Shown one piece after another: positions 43,014-59,492 of a stretch of DNA of 64,000 nucleotides; positions within the stretch are counted from its first letter, which is position 1, and each line of letters opens with the position of its first letter. Under the pieces are notes generated by a model. The model was not told the DNA's origin. It searched no databases and saw only the letters and a program-made list of their open reading frames with translations. The stretch is from Eledone cirrhosa (lineage: Eukaryota), in contig OZ024740.1 in the NCBI GenBank assembly GCA_964016885.1, positions 394,568,001-394,632,000 on the forward strand, in the 5' to 3' direction. A program made the position numbers and the translations under genes.

Positions 43014-43895
43014 TCACACACACACACGCGCGCGCGCGCGCGCGCACACACACATATATAAAGTATATTTTTCAAGAATACAGCGCTCCGTCAGGAATGG
43101 AGCTCATCGCATTACGGTTATGAATTGAACACTACTCCGCCTTCACTGAACTTATAACTATAAGCCAAAGAAACGTATATCAGGTTTGCTTGCTCATCCG
43201 CCATAGTTCATAAAAGCTAGTATGTCTCTAAGAACTAAATCAGACTGTCTACAATGTCGTTAGACTTGCTAGAAATAGCAGGCAAATATCCAAACCAAAT
43301 ATTCTTTGGAGAAAAACACGCTGGATGTCTTTCGACTTACAAAATGCTTTAAAAATGTGTTGATGATAGCTGGAATATCTTTGGTTATAGTTCTGCTAGA
43401 TATGGTTGTCCTGGGGCTAAACATTAACAACTACAGCAACTCGGATCTCTTCTCTGTCTCTCTCCCTGTTATTCCCTATCTTCATTTCCCTCTCAACATA
43501 AAGAAGGGTGCATATATCTGTGTGTGTCTCTATATTTATCTAAATTTCTCTCTCTTACTAACTTTCTCTGTCTGTGTGGGCCTGTTTCTGCATGCATGTC
43601 TCCGCACTATTCCGTTTTATTACTAATTTCATTTGTTTCGCATACAAAATAATGAAATATATCCCTGCAATTTTAATTTAACTGCATAAAGCAAGTCTCA
43701 TTAATTTTTCCATTAGATATCACTAACTATATTTTAATATCAAAAATCTATATAAAAATAAAAAAATAGGTCACTCATACAATATTTATAAAAATGAAAA
43801 ACTATAACCATTCATTTCCAGCCAATAATTGTACAAAATTTAATCAACACCACCCATCAATAAATCAATATATATGTACATATAACAATATATAT

Positions 43896-43976
<81 letters not shown>

Positions 43977-44025
43977 TATACATATATATATATATATATA
44001 ATATATAACTATATATATATATATA

Positions 44026-44125
<100 letters not shown>

Positions 44126-44183
44126 ATATATATATATTAATATGTGTATGTGTGTGTGTATATGTACATATAACAATATATAT

Positions 44184-44230
<47 letters not shown>

Positions 44231-45047
44231 ATATATAACTATATATATATATATGTATATATATATATGTGGTATATATATATGTGTATATATATATATA
44301 TATATATTAATATGTGTATGTGTGTGTGTGTGTGTGTACGTGTGTGTGTCTTGGCGTGTACAATAATTAACATATTTAAAGTATGCATAGATTGACATAT
44401 ATGTTCGGTTGCTTAATGATATGATTAAAACAACACTAATAAGAACATCGTCAACAATAGCAACAGCATCATCGATAGTATAAAAGAACAGAAACAATGA
44501 TCTTGTCTTTATTTGCCACAAGGGTAACCCCAATACAGCAGCAGCAAGAATATTGGGAATAATGATAACAGACATTTTGTTTTCTTATTCTTGAAAATCA
44601 AACGCTGTAGCTAGCAAGGAACATTAACCTGGTGAGCGAAAGATTTTCAAAGATAATCCGTTATGGATGGATGATGCAGTTTGCTTATTTTTTGTTTGTT
44701 TATTATTTGGCAATGGTTTTATTGTTTCTGTGTTTCTGTGCTTATGCATCTGCGTGTATGGGTACGTTTGTGTGTGTGTGTGTATATGTATGTGTATGTA
44801 TGCGTATGGGTGTATGAGTATGGGTGTGTGTATGTGTGTGTATGTGTGTGTGTGTGTGTGTATGTGTTTGTGTGTGTGTGTATCAACCATATTTGATAAG
44901 AGTGGATGACCATAAGGAATAATAAATAGAATATTAATGGAAACCTCTGCTAATCTTCTGAAATGGGCTACTTTTAATAAATTTATCTCCATTCTCTGAA
45001 TTATGGATTGTTCAGACAACCTCACCTTTATACAAATTAATCAATCA

Positions 45048-45065
45048 AGTAGTAGCAGTAGTAGC

Positions 45066-45130
<65 letters not shown>

Positions 45131-45190
45131 AAGAAGAAGAAGAAGAAGAAGAAGAAGAAGAAGAAGAAGAAGAAGAAGAAGAAGAAGAAG
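45048..45190. repeat. (AGT)n(AGA)n microsatellite
   Basis: Direct reading. Confidence 0.95.
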
Positions 45191-45369
45191 GAGGAGAAGA
45201 CGGTGGCAGCAACGGTGATGACGATAAGCATGATTTTATTTGCAACTGAGCACAAACATGAAATTATTGTAATCGTTCGTTTCAAATATTCAATCCCATA
45301 TAAATACATAAAAAGTCCCCACATTCCCAGTCTCTCTCTAGACACACAAGTACGCACGCGCACATACAT

Positions 45370-45425
<56 letters not shown>

Positions 45426-46940
45426 GCGCACATACATATATATATATTTATACATATATATATACATAGACACACATACATATATATATATATACACAAT
45501 TACAACACTAACGTAATGCCCACTTGATCATTAAAAAATAAATAATTGAATAAAACCAACCTGATTAAAATGTATCAAAAGAAACAAGATTGTAGTGGTG
45601 TTTTTTTTAAGCCATCTACGTTAAGCCATCAATTTTGATCCAAGCGCGAAAAAATTATCAATCTTGATCAATAAAGATGCTTGATTAACTAATCCGAAAT
45701 AAAGGAGAAAATCTGGGTATTGAATTCTTGTTTGAGTTGCTTTGAACATTATGAGGATAACTAAAAAATGAAGGTGGATGCCTTTATTGAATGCCATCTT
45801 AAATTATCAGAAAATATTTGTTTTTCTTTGGCATGATGTAGGAGTTAGTTAGTCTAGCTTAATAGATAGGGTGGCGAATTAATTATTTATTCGAATATAT
45901 GATAGTAGATGCTGGTTTTTAGACCCCATCCACAAGTCAGCCCTGATCTGGCCCTGATCCAGTAAATCTGGGATCAAAGGTGTTTCAGCCATGATCATCC
46001 AATCTTATATTCACACATGGCGTATGTTGTGCTGCATTATCTGCTGTATAGTACAGAAAGTAGTTAGTATTAGTATCTATAGATGTTCTGTTGTTGTCAT
46101 TTTGTTTAACATCGGTTGGCCCTGATCCAGGATATCAATAATCAAAGACGGTTCAGTCGTGATTATCCCATATTTTTATTTAGATATAGTGCATCTAAGC
46201 CAACGTTATCTTCTGCATAGCATAAAAAGACGATAAATAGTCAAGGTTATTCGAAAGTCGAAGATCAATCCGCCCTGATGAACTTTACCTTTCATCTTTT
46301 CAAGGCCGATAAGTACCAGGTGGTGGGGGTTGACTGTCTCGTCTCTCCCCCTCCCAATTTCTCTCTCTCTCTCTCCCGCTTGTCCCAAGATTTCTCCAAT
46401 GGATACGATATGTATAGGATAGTAAGTAGTTAGTATTAGTGGCACTAGTTGAAATTGTTTATCCCGACTTAGGGGATCTAGGATTACATTAGATAATGTA
46501 TAGTATAGTATGTAGCTGGTTTTAGATGTTTCATTGTCGACTCCAGAGGATAAAATGCAAAGTTGATCTCGATGGGATTTGAACTCAGAACGCAAATGCT
46601 CGGACCAAATATCACAAGGCACTTTACCCAACGTTCTAACAATTCCTCACAATTACCCGTCAGGACTGATACTTTAGTTTGTCGACACCGGAAGAATAAA
46701 AAATAAATTTCGGCTTGCTGGAATTTGTAGTTGGAACTTAAGACGTCGGAATAAATACTGTATGGCATTTTGTCTGATGATTCTATCATACGTTGATAAT
46801 CTAAAATACCAATAAAATTAATGTTTTTCGTGTGTTTTGAACGTGCTTGCCACCGATATATTCTCCGAAAAAGGAATAAGGTGAGGTGAGGTGGGAAAAC
46901 TTTACTGCTCTTTCTAGCACACAGGTAATCTTGTCTATTA

Positions 46941-46989
46941 TCTATACTATAATAAGAGTCGTCTGACTGTCAGTCCATTCGTCACGGTA

Positions 46990-46990
<1 letters not shown>
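46941..46990 (+). mobile_element. Helitron-like 5' terminus fragment
   Basis: tctatactataataagag followed by a ctgtc-rich stretch. Confidence 0.35.
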
Positions 46991-47052
<62 letters not shown>

Positions 47053-48632
47053 GCAAATGCTACTCCATTCTCCCTCACTATCCTCCACTTCTCTCTAACT
47101 AAAACGCAACGTGCCAACGAAAAGACTACGAAGGTTTTTGGAGTTGTTTGTGTGTCTATTTCTGTGTATGTGTATAATTCTGTGTGTGAGTGCTTCTGTA
47201 TGTCCAACAACGCAACACAGTTAAAAAAAAAAATTATCCTAAAATGTCAGGTGATTGATGTTGTTATTGAGAGAAATACAATGAAAGAGAATGGATGTGT
47301 GTTTTTTTTTTTGGGGGGGGGGGGGGGGGATTGTGTGTGCTTGTGTTTCTGTATGTCCTTCATCATATAGTAATTATTTGTACATTGACTGATAATAACA
47401 CTAAATAAAATTGGTAATAATTAAGGTGTTTCCAAATAATCTAACCTCTGACATACTGGCAATCGACTTTTTCTCCAAAAGCGGAATCGGGACGAGTTGG
47501 GGACCCACAGACTTTCACAGCCCGAAGATTTCTTCAGTGAGAATATTTTCTTTTCTAGTTTGTTTTTGTTTCATTTGTTGTCGACCGAGCTGACATCTGA
47601 CTCACTTGCCAACAACTCCTTTTTCTGAAAACGGAGGCGGGGAGGAAGGCCACACTCGGAGTTACAGATAAACACCTCTTATCCTTTAGAATTTATAGAA
47701 AACCACCCCTGGGTATCACAAAGAAAAATTTATTTTCCCAGGTTTTTTCGTGTTTTCACCTAATCTAACCTCCGACATGCTCACAATCTCCTTTCTCCCT
47801 GAAAATGGAATGGGAGGGCGGCGCGAGGGAGACCTATAAAGTATGTGTGCAAATAGTTCCGATGCTGCTTCAACAACGAAATATGTCTGATGGGGTGTTC
47901 AACTTCCAACACGGCCAATATATCAGCAATAGTGTGTGTGGGGTGGTGGGGGGGGGGGATTAGTTGAGCCACATATTTTTCCAGCCTTGGAGATTTCTTC
48001 TGTGGTAATAACTGAGGCGAGAAGCGGTGAACCCTCGGAGTTATAATTAAGCACTTCTTAGCCGTTTGAATATATGGAAAAGCAATCCCTTAATACTGAA
48101 GGATGTTTTGATCCTTCATCATTTTGTACTGTTGTGTAAAAAATACACTTGGAATACAAAACCAACAATAAACAAAGCATCCAGTGGACAAGACCGTCAG
48201 ATTCCAAACTTGTGCGGTTTGGGTCTGTCTTTATGGGTGTGCCAATCTACCTGTTTGTGCGTCAGGTGTATGTATTTATGATATAGATGGCGTTTGGAGT
48301 GTGTGTGTGATGGTTTATGTTTTTATATGCCATTCGTAGCATGTGTATGTATGTGTGAATCAGTATATTCGTATATGTGTGGATATTATGTGTGTAAGTA
48401 TCTTGCGTATGTTATGTAGTATGTATGTTATGTGTGTTTGCTTCGAAGTGTATGTGTATGTTTGTCTATGCCTACGTGCGTGTGACTGTCTGTGTGAGTA
48501 TGTATATATTGTGTGTATTCAGTTTATGTATATGTGTGGGGTTTTCACGCAGTATGTAGGCGTTTATGTGTGTGTTTGTTTGTGTGTGTCTGTGTATGTG
48601 TGTGTATGTGTGTATGTGTGTATGTGGGTGTT

Positions 48633-48707
<75 letters not shown>

Positions 48708-50158
48708 TGGATGTAGGGGGTCTTGACTAGTCTAAGATAACCTAGTCCTAGAGATGGCCGTCTTTGAGATTATTTTCCTAGAGATTGTAATCCTAGAAAC
48801 TGTTGTCTATAGGACCTAGTTTTAGCGGTATATAATAAAAGACCAATAATTTTCAAAAGGCTGGTAAAATGCGGTAGAAAAATACGAAGAGTAAATGATT
48901 TCAAGTGAAACAAAACCAAGTAATGTTTACCCAATGTATTTTAACATGATATTTCAGGGCTATTGCCCGCTTTTCAAATGTGAGGCTGAAAGAGTTCAAA
49001 AGGAAACAAATGATCGTTGTGTACTTCCTTAATTGACCTGCGTGTCTGTAATATCTCACAATGCCTCGTATTAACTACACAAGTTTTAGAGATGGTAGTC
49101 CTACTGATGGTAGTCCTAGTAATAGTAGTATTCGTGAGGTCAGTATGAAGCCCACACACAAGTTTGTTTTTTATTTGCTTCTGAATATAGATTATTTATT
49201 TTGTTCCCTACACAGTGTACTTCATCACTTAATATTTTCCTGATATCCGAGAATGTTGCTGTTGTTGCTGTTATTTAGCTTCAGATCCAGCTGATATAGC
49301 TGACCTGTAATCAAAGTGGTGTCTGTCGTTACAACCCGTCTTTTTTTTCCAGGGGCAATATATCTAGTACATCCTTATCCAAAGTGATCGTCCCACTTTT
49401 TTTAAGACAGTTGTGTGTGATTCCAAGAAAATTCCATTTATATTGCTAGCAAGTGGAGCAACCCCGTTCATTGGCTTGATATCGCAGATGTTTTGTTTTA
49501 CCATATGTCAGCCATGAATAAGCAAACTTGCGATCAAATGCATTCCAGCCGTGATCATCCAGTTTTATTTTCTTTTGTGTAGGGTAGCCAGTATTATACA
49601 TTACCTAATGTGTCCTTCTCTTGTAAGACAATAAGTTATAATTTGTTGGTTGCTATTTTATACAAGTAGATTGTTCACGCAGAGGTCTGCTCATTGGCTT
49701 GATATTGTTGTATTCATTGCTCCTCACATCAGCTGTCATCATATACGTAACAATCACGTCTACTTCCTTTTGTACAGGGAAACCAGGACTACATTATCCA
49801 ATGCATATTTTCCTTTTTTAAACAGTCACGTATTATTTGAGGGAGATTAAGTTGTTATTACTAGCTAGCATGTTGAGCTACCGTATAAAAGTTCCCTTGT
49901 TGGCTCCTGTTATCGGAGATTGTTTTCTAGTGGCGACAAATTGTCTTGGATAATTTCCAACAACTTAATAACTCCATTCTTCCTGCTATCTTCCTTATAT
50001 TATTTTCTTACTTCCATTCCAAAATATTCCTTTCTTCACCAGTCACCTCCATAACCTTTTCTAACACCCATACACACATACACGCACACAAATACAGACA
50101 CACACACACACGCACAGACACACACACATACACAAACACATACACACACACAAACACA

Positions 50159-50247
<89 letters not shown>

Positions 50248-50799
50248 GCACATACTTACACATACAAACGCACTCACAGACTAAACAAACACGCATATAT
50301 ATTAAACACAAACATAATCACGAATCAATGAGGCAAACTCTATGTACCCGCTCGACCCCCTAAGAATGACAGCCAAACCTCCATCAAATTACATCCTATA
50401 GTCTTAAACTGGTTAATATATTGCTAGATACACAGTATCACCCCACATACACACACAAACATCGAGATGTTCGTTGTTGGCACGCTTTCAATCATGAATC
50501 TTCTCAGTCAATACTGAATAAACAACAGCGCATACAAGCACATCTTGTATTATTTTGTTCCTTTCTATAGCCCTGTTGGCTTTTTGTGTATGTCTGCCAC
50601 TAAATGGTTTTTGTCTTAATATACCAATTATCTCTCTCTAGTCGTTGGAGTATCAGAGAGAATGCCTTGCCATTTTGTCCCGGCTCTCTGCACTCCGATT
50701 TCAAATCCTACCGCAGTCAAGTTTGCCTTTCATAATTTCGAGATACATAAAAGTAGTACCTGTCCAGAGCTGTCTAATCTAAAGTCTGTCTTAAGTCAG

Positions 50800-51015
50800 A
50801 AATCTCGTTGAGCCGGTGCTTTTCCTGGTTTCATGACGTGAAGCGACTGAGTGTACAAGACTCTCCCCTGGACAGGACAACAGTCCATCGCAGGGTTAAT
50901 CCCCAACTATTGCTGGTGCTCATTTTCAGCTGAGTATACTGGAGAACTTGAAATGAAGTGTTTTGCACAAGAACACAACACTCAACCCAGCCCAGGAATC
51001 GAAGCCACGACAGTC
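50800..51015 (-). mobile_element. Older tRNA-derived SINE of a different family
   Basis: Minus-strand B-box-like ggcttcgattcc followed by gttgtgttcttgtgcaaaacactt, a SINE2-type head. Confidence 0.6.
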
Positions 51016-51409
51016 CAATGCTGTAGATTTCCAAAATTAATAGAATGTTGGACAAAATGCTGTTAGTTATAGTTTCTGAATTCAAATTCCACCTTCTGTC
51101 ATCGGGCTTCTCGTCTCAGTAAACATGGCCTTCCGAAACCAGCGAAATCCTCCTTAAACAACACGATACGATCTTCAGAAACGACCGGACTACGTTAGAT
51201 AACGAATATTTCAATATACTATAGGGAATGTCACAACTTTATATATATTTAAATAATTAGTTAAAGAAATGATAATACAAACACAAGGAGGCAAAGACAC
51301 AAAGATTAGTTAGTTATCAAGCTTACATATTGTTCTCAATCTGAAACTATCCTTGTGTTGAAACTTCTCTTTTACACCTTTTGTTTTCTATTTCGATCTT
51401 TAAATCCCA

Positions 51410-51895
51410 ACCACCACCATACCACACTAACACCACCACCACCACCACCACTACTACCACCACCATACCACACCACCACCACCACCACCATCACGACCCA
51501 CTACCACCACCATACCACACCGTCACCACCACCACCATCAAGACCCACTACCACCACCATACCACACCGACACAACCACCACCACCATCAAGACCCACTA
51601 CCACCACCATACCACACCGACACCACCACCACCATCAAGACCCACTACCACCACCATACCACACCGACACCACCACCACCATCAAGACCCACTACCACCA
51701 CCATACCACACCGACACCACCACCACCATCAAGACCCACTACCACCACCACACCACCACCACCACCACCACCATACCACACCGACACCACCACCACCACC
51801 AGTAAGTCCCACTACCACCACCACACCACCACCACCATCAAGACCCACTACCACCACCATACCACACCACCACCAACTACCACCACCACACTACA
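51410..51895. repeat. CAC-rich minisatellite (~51-bp unit)
   Basis: Repeated accatcaagacccactaccaccaccataccacaccgac. Confidence 0.9.
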
Positions 51896-52359
51896 CCTTC
51901 AATCCTCAATCTCTCTTCAGTTGCTGTAATGTCACAATGTAAAATTCCCCGCCTCGTATAAATACACACCATTTCACAATCCATTCTCAATATAATGAAT
52001 ATCATTAGCAACACCATTGTTATTATAACCATCTTTGTATCATCATCACCACCATCGTCATCATTATTATCATCTTTATCATTATCATCATCAGCAGCAG
52101 TAGCAGTGACAACAGCAGCAACGTTTTATTATTTCCTTCCGAATCCCCCCCCCCCCACTCCTTAATTTCTAGTTTATTTTCTTTTTGCCTTTGCTTTACA
52201 TTTTTTTATTTCTCCTTTGTTGTTTTTGATTTTTGTTTGTTATTTTTGTCAAATCCAAACTGGTTCCACGTATAGATTTTATACACTCTTACTAATACAG
52301 ACACACATTCACACGGTCACACACATATATATATATATACATATGTATATATATATGTA

Positions 52360-52440
<81 letters not shown>

Positions 52441-52488
52441 GTATATATATAAATATATATATATATAAATGAAAATAGAAAAATTAAT

Positions 52489-52749
52489 TGTTTCTACTAT
52501 TGGCGCAAGGCCAGCAAATTACCCAGTACATTACTGGTACTTTATTTTATAGACCCCGTAAGGATGAAAGAAAATAGAGAAATTAATGTGAGCAAGAAAG
52601 AAGCCAACAGTATTTCATAATATATAATTTATGGTCTGAGTTCAAATCCCGCTGAGGTTAACTTTGTCTTTCATCCTTACGAGGTCGATAAAATAAAGTA
52701 CCAGTAATGTACTGGGATAATTGCTGGCCTTGTGCCAAAAGTAGAAATA
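52489..52749. mobile_element. Two truncated SINEs: 52489-52569(-) and 52632-52749(+), each with a TSD
   Basis: TSDs gaaaatagaRaaattaat (52471/52570) and agtatttcataatatataa (52609/52750). Confidence 0.88.
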
Positions 52750-52830
52750 AGTATTTCATAATATATAAGTGATTATAACGTCAAAATGGAAAATATTTAA
52801 CGTAAGATATGGGATATATATATATATATA

Positions 52831-53201
52831 CAGTAGTACCCCGGTATTCGTAGGGGTTACGCTCCTAGAGCAACTGCGAAGAGTGAAAAACCGCGAATAT
52901 TAGACGTGGTCCATAAAAATGCCTATAAACGTCAAAATATAACGTAAAATATAATTTTAAAACAAGAAGGAGCGCTTTCTGTGAATGCGGTATATTGTTA
53001 TATGTTAACCGAGCATTTTAGAAAATAATAATTTACCATTCAAAACAATATATGTTAAAAGCCATAAAAAATCGCGGAAGTTATTTACGATTCCGCGAAT
53101 ATGTGGTGGTTTCCACGAATAATTATTAGTTAGGTTCTAAGGAAAATTCCCCGAATAACCAAGACTGCGATGTCGGGACCGAGAATCCCAGGGATACACT
53201 G
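52831..53201. mobile_element. Tigger/pogo-like MITE
   Basis: TA|CAGT...ACTG|TA ends with imperfect TIRs and internal ccgcgaat repeats. Confidence 0.65.
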
Positions 53202-53229
53202 TATATATATATATATATACACATATATA

Positions 53230-53288
<59 letters not shown>

Positions 53289-53577
53289 AATATAAATTTA
53301 GCGAGAATCGCATTTCGGCGAGTAGAAATTAGCGAAACGCAACTTCCGATTTGTGTTGGCAAGCGCTCAATGGATACGAAGATACCAGAGCAATAAACAT
53401 AGGTTAAAAAGCCATACAAAACTGAGACGATGGTTAAGAAGCCATTAACCACCTAAGCCAAAGAAGCGAGCAAGCTAAACGGGTCAAACAAAATAAGACA
53501 TGATTGAAATATTTACCCGAACCATCGGAAATGATCGTAAAATCCGATGTAGGGTTTCTGCGACACCTAAATCAATA

Positions 53578-53760
53578 ATTGTTTCTACTTTAGGCACAAG
53601 GCCAGCAAATACCCAGGGCATTACTGGTACTTTATTTTATCGACCCCGTAAGGATGAAATGCAAAGTCAACCTCGGCGGGATTTGAACTCAGATCGTAAA
53701 GGGAGGTAACTATGCTGGAAAGCATGGCGTCCGACCCTCTACCGATACTGCCAATCCACC
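53578..53760 (-). mobile_element. SINE copy (S2) with TSD
   Basis: cctaaatcaataat / cctaaataataat flanks. Confidence 0.9.
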
Positions 53761-54168
53761 TAAATAAATAATACTGTCTGCTTAAAAAAGATAATAAGCT
53801 TTTGGTATAAAGATCGAACAAGGATATCACTTTCTCAACAGGCATTTTGTTCTGCGCGAGGATCTAACAGTGTTTTGAAAGCACATGTGAACTCGAAAGG
53901 GGGGAAAAGACCTAGTTTTGGCAAATGAATTCAGTATGTGAAGTCATTGCAAAAATTTGCAAAAATAGCACAAAACGAATTAAGCTCTCGACCGAGTTGT
54001 TTAAAAAAAATATATATATAGGTGGGTGTATGTGTGTGCGTGTGTGTGTGTGTACACTTCATATATGTATGCACATTCATGTGTGAGCTCGTGTCTGTAT
54101 CATTATGGGTGCATGCGGGCGTATGATTCTGTGCATACATTCTATATGTGTGGCCAATTTGGATTTGT

Positions 54169-54243
<75 letters not shown>

Positions 54244-54761
54244 CAACTCACAGCCATCTACGAGGCTGAAGTTACATCCACCCGATAGAAGCAACCGAAT
54301 GAAGCCAGGATATATGTGAGTATGCTTAAAGAACGCTTCCTTAGGCATGAGACGACATTTAGACGCCCAGACAAGCGAGCAACCACGAAACTATCAAGCC
54401 ACATATGTCGATTTAGCACTAAAAAATATAAGCTATCCATTGGGAAATCAGTTGAGAAACTGTCTCCTATATGTTGTTAAGATAAGCAAATGGAATCACG
54501 CTGGGATGAACTCGTTACATGCGCTTTAAGGAATCATGCGGACAGCATAAGGCTCGGGGTGAGCTAGAAATAGCTCATCAACTCCTTCTAATAGAGCAGC
54601 TCAACAAATCTATGGGTGCAGTATATAAAAACAAGCAGATATAAATAGAAATAAAAACATCTCGATCTCGATCTCGTTGTTCTATAGAAGCTGAATAGAA
54701 ATTTTATGCGAAAAATTCTCATACCAGATACCAGAGCATATATATATATTTATACATATAA

Positions 54762-54874
<113 letters not shown>

Positions 54875-55773
54875 GTGTGTGTGTAGACTGACGAATAGTG
54901 TCTACTTCCAAACCACTGGCCAAATAATTGATGTGCATCGCTTTTGTAAAAAAGAGTCTGCTCTCAGCTCACCAAATGGGATTCTGTACACATTATAAAC
55001 AATATAAAACAGATCCGCCCCACCCCTCATCCACTGTCCCTCCCTTGCACCAATATGCATCTTTGTTTTATTTCTACATTTATTTCCTATTTTCCAGCCA
55101 CCCCTTTGACCCTGTTTTCAAGGTTGATTTTTCCACCTTTTCCTTTATTTTTAATTTTTACTTTTATTTATTTATTTTATTTTTGTTTATTTATTCCTAT
55201 GCTTGCTTATTTTCTCTATACGCTTGTTTTTCTATTGTTTGTTTCCCAGCTTGCTCACTCTTTCCTTCTCTCCCTCTCTTTCTCTCTCCTTACGCTTCTC
55301 TCTCCCTTACATCTCCCTCCCCTTTTTCTCTTACTATCTATCTTTCTTGCTTACTGTTTGTCTACGTAAGCTCTCACATTATCTCACCTCCCACTATAAC
55401 CTTTGACACGACTATCACTGTGTTTTGGACATTCATTAAAAGTTGGCTTTCACTATCCCGAAATTGATAAAATTGTTTCTGCAAATCATCTTGTCCAGGC
55501 ATTAAATATATGTTCAGCTAAAACCTCTTTCTGTCTACATGTGTTGTGATAAGTGTCTGCGTGTATATGTTTTGTGTGTGTGTTTCTGTATATATAAGTT
55601 TCTGTATATGTCTGTGAGAGAGTCTATTTGTGTGTATGGTGATATGCTGCATGATGTGGAATATCTATGCGCTAATATGAGCTCTTAAAATCTTGATACT
55701 TATGAAGTATGTATGTATGTAATGATACATATGCATGTATGTATGTATTGATATATATATGTGTGTGTGTGTG

Positions 55774-55832
<59 letters not shown>

Positions 55833-55857
55833 CACACACACACATATATATATATAT

Positions 55858-55927
<70 letters not shown>

Positions 55928-55955
55928 GTATATATACATATATATATGTGTATAC

Positions 55956-56009
<54 letters not shown>

Positions 56010-56239
56010 AAGAAAGAGAAAGAGTAAGAAAAGTCAGAGTAACTGAATGAGATAGAAGGAATCTGTATGTGTGTGCGTGCTTCAGAGATTGTATACACGT
56101 ATACATGTGCATGTATATGTGTATGTATACGTATATGTGTCTGCTGGCTTAGAAATAGGGTAGTGGTGATAAAAATCTGCCAAGTTTACACCAACACCCA
56201 CATCACACCAACGGCCCCAACATCGGACCGCCATTGACA

Positions 56240-57060
56240 CCATCCCCACTAGCACCGTCACCACCACCAAAACAACCAATAACACCACCATAACTATCAA
56301 CATCATCACCTTTACCACCATCACCACTACCACTATCAACAGCTCTACCACCATCACCACCATCACCACCATCACCACCACCAAAACAGCCAACAACACC
56401 ACCACTAACACCATCATCACCACTACCACCACCACTACCACCACTACCATCATCACCACCACTACCACTACTACCACAACCACTACTACCACTACTACCA
56501 CCACCACTACCACTACCACCATCACCACCACTACCACCACTACTACCACCATCACCACCACTACCACCATCACCACCACTACCACCATTACCACCACTAA
56601 CACCATCATCACCACTACCACCACTACCACCACCACTACCACCACTACCATCATCACCACCACTACCACTACTACCACAACCACTACCACCACTACCATC
56701 ATCACCACCACTACCACTACTACCACAACCACTACTACCACTACCATCATCACCACCACTACCACTACTACCACAACCACTACTACCACTACCACCATCA
56801 CCATCACCACCACCACCACCACTACCACCAAAACAGCCAGTAACACCACCACAACTATCAACACCTCTACCACCATCACCACCATCACCACCACCACCAC
56901 TCCCACCACCACCACCACTACCACCAAAACAGCCAGTAACACCACCACAACTATCAACACCTCTACCACCATCACCACCACCACCACTCCCACCACCACC
57001 ACCACCACCACCACCACCACCACCAAAACAGCCAATAACCCCACCACAACTATCAACACC
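56240..57060. repeat. CAC/CAT/TAC-rich degenerate trinucleotide array
   Basis: Direct reading. Confidence 0.9.
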
Positions 57061-57223
57061 TATATTACTAACACGTGCAGACACAATATAAATGTTAAGC
57101 CTGTATAAATAAGGTCTTCTCGGGCTACAACAGATCGATGTTCTCTGCAAGAAATGACAACCTAAAATATATTACTTTTATTTTTACTGCCCGACATCTC
57201 CCCACTCTCTATTTCTCTCACTT

Positions 57224-57307
<84 letters not shown>

Positions 57308-57584
57308 ACTCTCACACTCTCTCTCTCTCTCTCACTCACTCTTTCTCCACTTCTGCTATCTTTCATTCTCTCTTTCTAACTCTCTCTCTTTCTATCCTGT
57401 ATCTCTCTGTTTCCCCCCTCTCTCTGTCTCTCTCTCTCTGTCTCACTCACGCTCCATCTCTGTCTCCCTCTCTCTCTCTCACTTACCCTATTTCTCTTTG
57501 CCTGTTTTTCTCCATATGTACATCTTTCTCTTTCTGTTTCTTTCTCTCCCTCCCTCTATCATGCAATCTCCGTATATATATATA

Positions 57585-57762
<178 letters not shown>

Positions 57763-57849
57763 TCCCTCTCACATTGGCTCATATTTTTTATCTACTTATC
57801 TATATTGCTTTATTCAAAATCCTACGTTAACCTTTGCCTTATTGCCTAA

Positions 57850-58460
57850 CTATCAACCACTCTTCTATCTACCACTCTTCTATCAACCACACTTCTATCT
57901 ACCACTCTTCTATCAACCACACTTCTATCTACCTCTCTTCTATCTACCTCTCTTCTATCTACCACTCTTCTATCAACCATTCTTCTATCTACCACTCTTC
58001 TATCAACCACACTTCTATCTACCACTCTTCTATCAACCACACTTCTATCTACCACTCTTCTATCAACCATTCTTCTATCTACCTCTCTTCTATCTACCTC
58101 TCTTCTATCTACCACTCTTCTATCTACCACTCTTCTATCAACCACACTTCTATCTACCACTCTTCTATCTACCACTCTTCTATCAACCACACTTCTATCT
58201 ACCACTCTTCTATCAACCATTCTTCTATCTACCTCTCTTCTATCTACCTCTCTTCTATCAACCATTCTTCTATCTACCACTCTTCTATCAACCACACTTC
58301 TATCTACCACTCTTCTATCAACCACACTTCTATCTACCACTCTTCTATCAACCATTCTTCTATCTACCACTCTTCTATCTACCTCTCTTCTATCTACCTC
58401 TCGTCTATCTACCACTCTTCTATCTACCTCTCTTCTATCTACCAATCTTCTATCTACCTT
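57850..58460. repeat. 15-bp minisatellite (ACCACTCTTCTATCW), about 40 units
   Basis: Direct reading. Confidence 0.95.
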
Positions 58461-58781
58461 TCTTTTTCTCTCCCTTTCTATTTCTAATCCTCTCTTTCTT
58501 TAAGCCTAGGTTATTTTATTGCCCAATCTTTCACACTCTTTCTTTCATTGTCTCTCTTTCTCGCTATCCTCCAATTCTTTGTTTTGCTCCCAATCACTCC
58601 TCGTTCTCATTTTCCTTCTTATTTACACTATACCATATGCAGACATACATATCTCTCTCTCTCTACACACATACACACACATACACACTTACATACACAC
58701 ACATACACACTTAGACACATACAAACACACACAAACACACACATACACACACAAACACACACACACACACACATACACACA

Positions 58782-58873
<92 letters not shown>

Positions 58874-59242
58874 GATAGATAGATATATATATATATGCAA
58901 GGATTTTGATATGAAATCATGCGTTGAGACAAATATTGTTATAGTTGGGGACGGTCATATTGTTATAATATTGACAGAAATAATAATAAAACACACTCAC
59001 TGTTTCCTTTGGATTGGTTTTCGCTACTGTATCATTTATATCTCCATAGTTAATTTATCTGGCAATCGAAGTTTCTCATTGATTAACCAATGGTTAAAAA
59101 TACAGATATAAATATATATATAGAGTCTATCAAAGTTCTTTTATCACACACCTGTGACATCATCAGTGGTACTATTATGTTTCCTCCAGTTGTATTGTAA
59201 TGTAATGTTTACACCATTTTTATGTTATTTATTCAATTACAA

Positions 59243-59420
59243 TGGTGAATTAGCAGTATCGGTAGAGGGTCGGACATGCTTTCCAGCATAGTTACGTGCC
59301 TTTACGATCTGAGTTCAAATCACAGCGATGTTAACTTTGCCTTTCATCCTTATGGGGTCGATAAAATAAAGTACCAGTAATGTACTGGTTTATTGCTGGC
59401 CTTGTGCTAAAAGTAGGAAC
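59243..59420 (+). mobile_element. SINE copy (S2)
   Basis: A/B boxes and Meta core present. Confidence 0.88.
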
Positions 59421-59456
59421 AGTATTATAACAATATGACCCTCTTCAAATATAACA

Positions 59457-59492
<36 letters not shown>

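Noticed and set aside
51355-51942. Pro/His/Thr-rich extensin-like ORFs
   Set aside because: Artefact of the CAC minisatellite.
56082-57150. Gly/Ser-rich and Val-rich ORFs over 300 aa
   Set aside because: A trinucleotide array open in several frames, with no splice or domain evidence.
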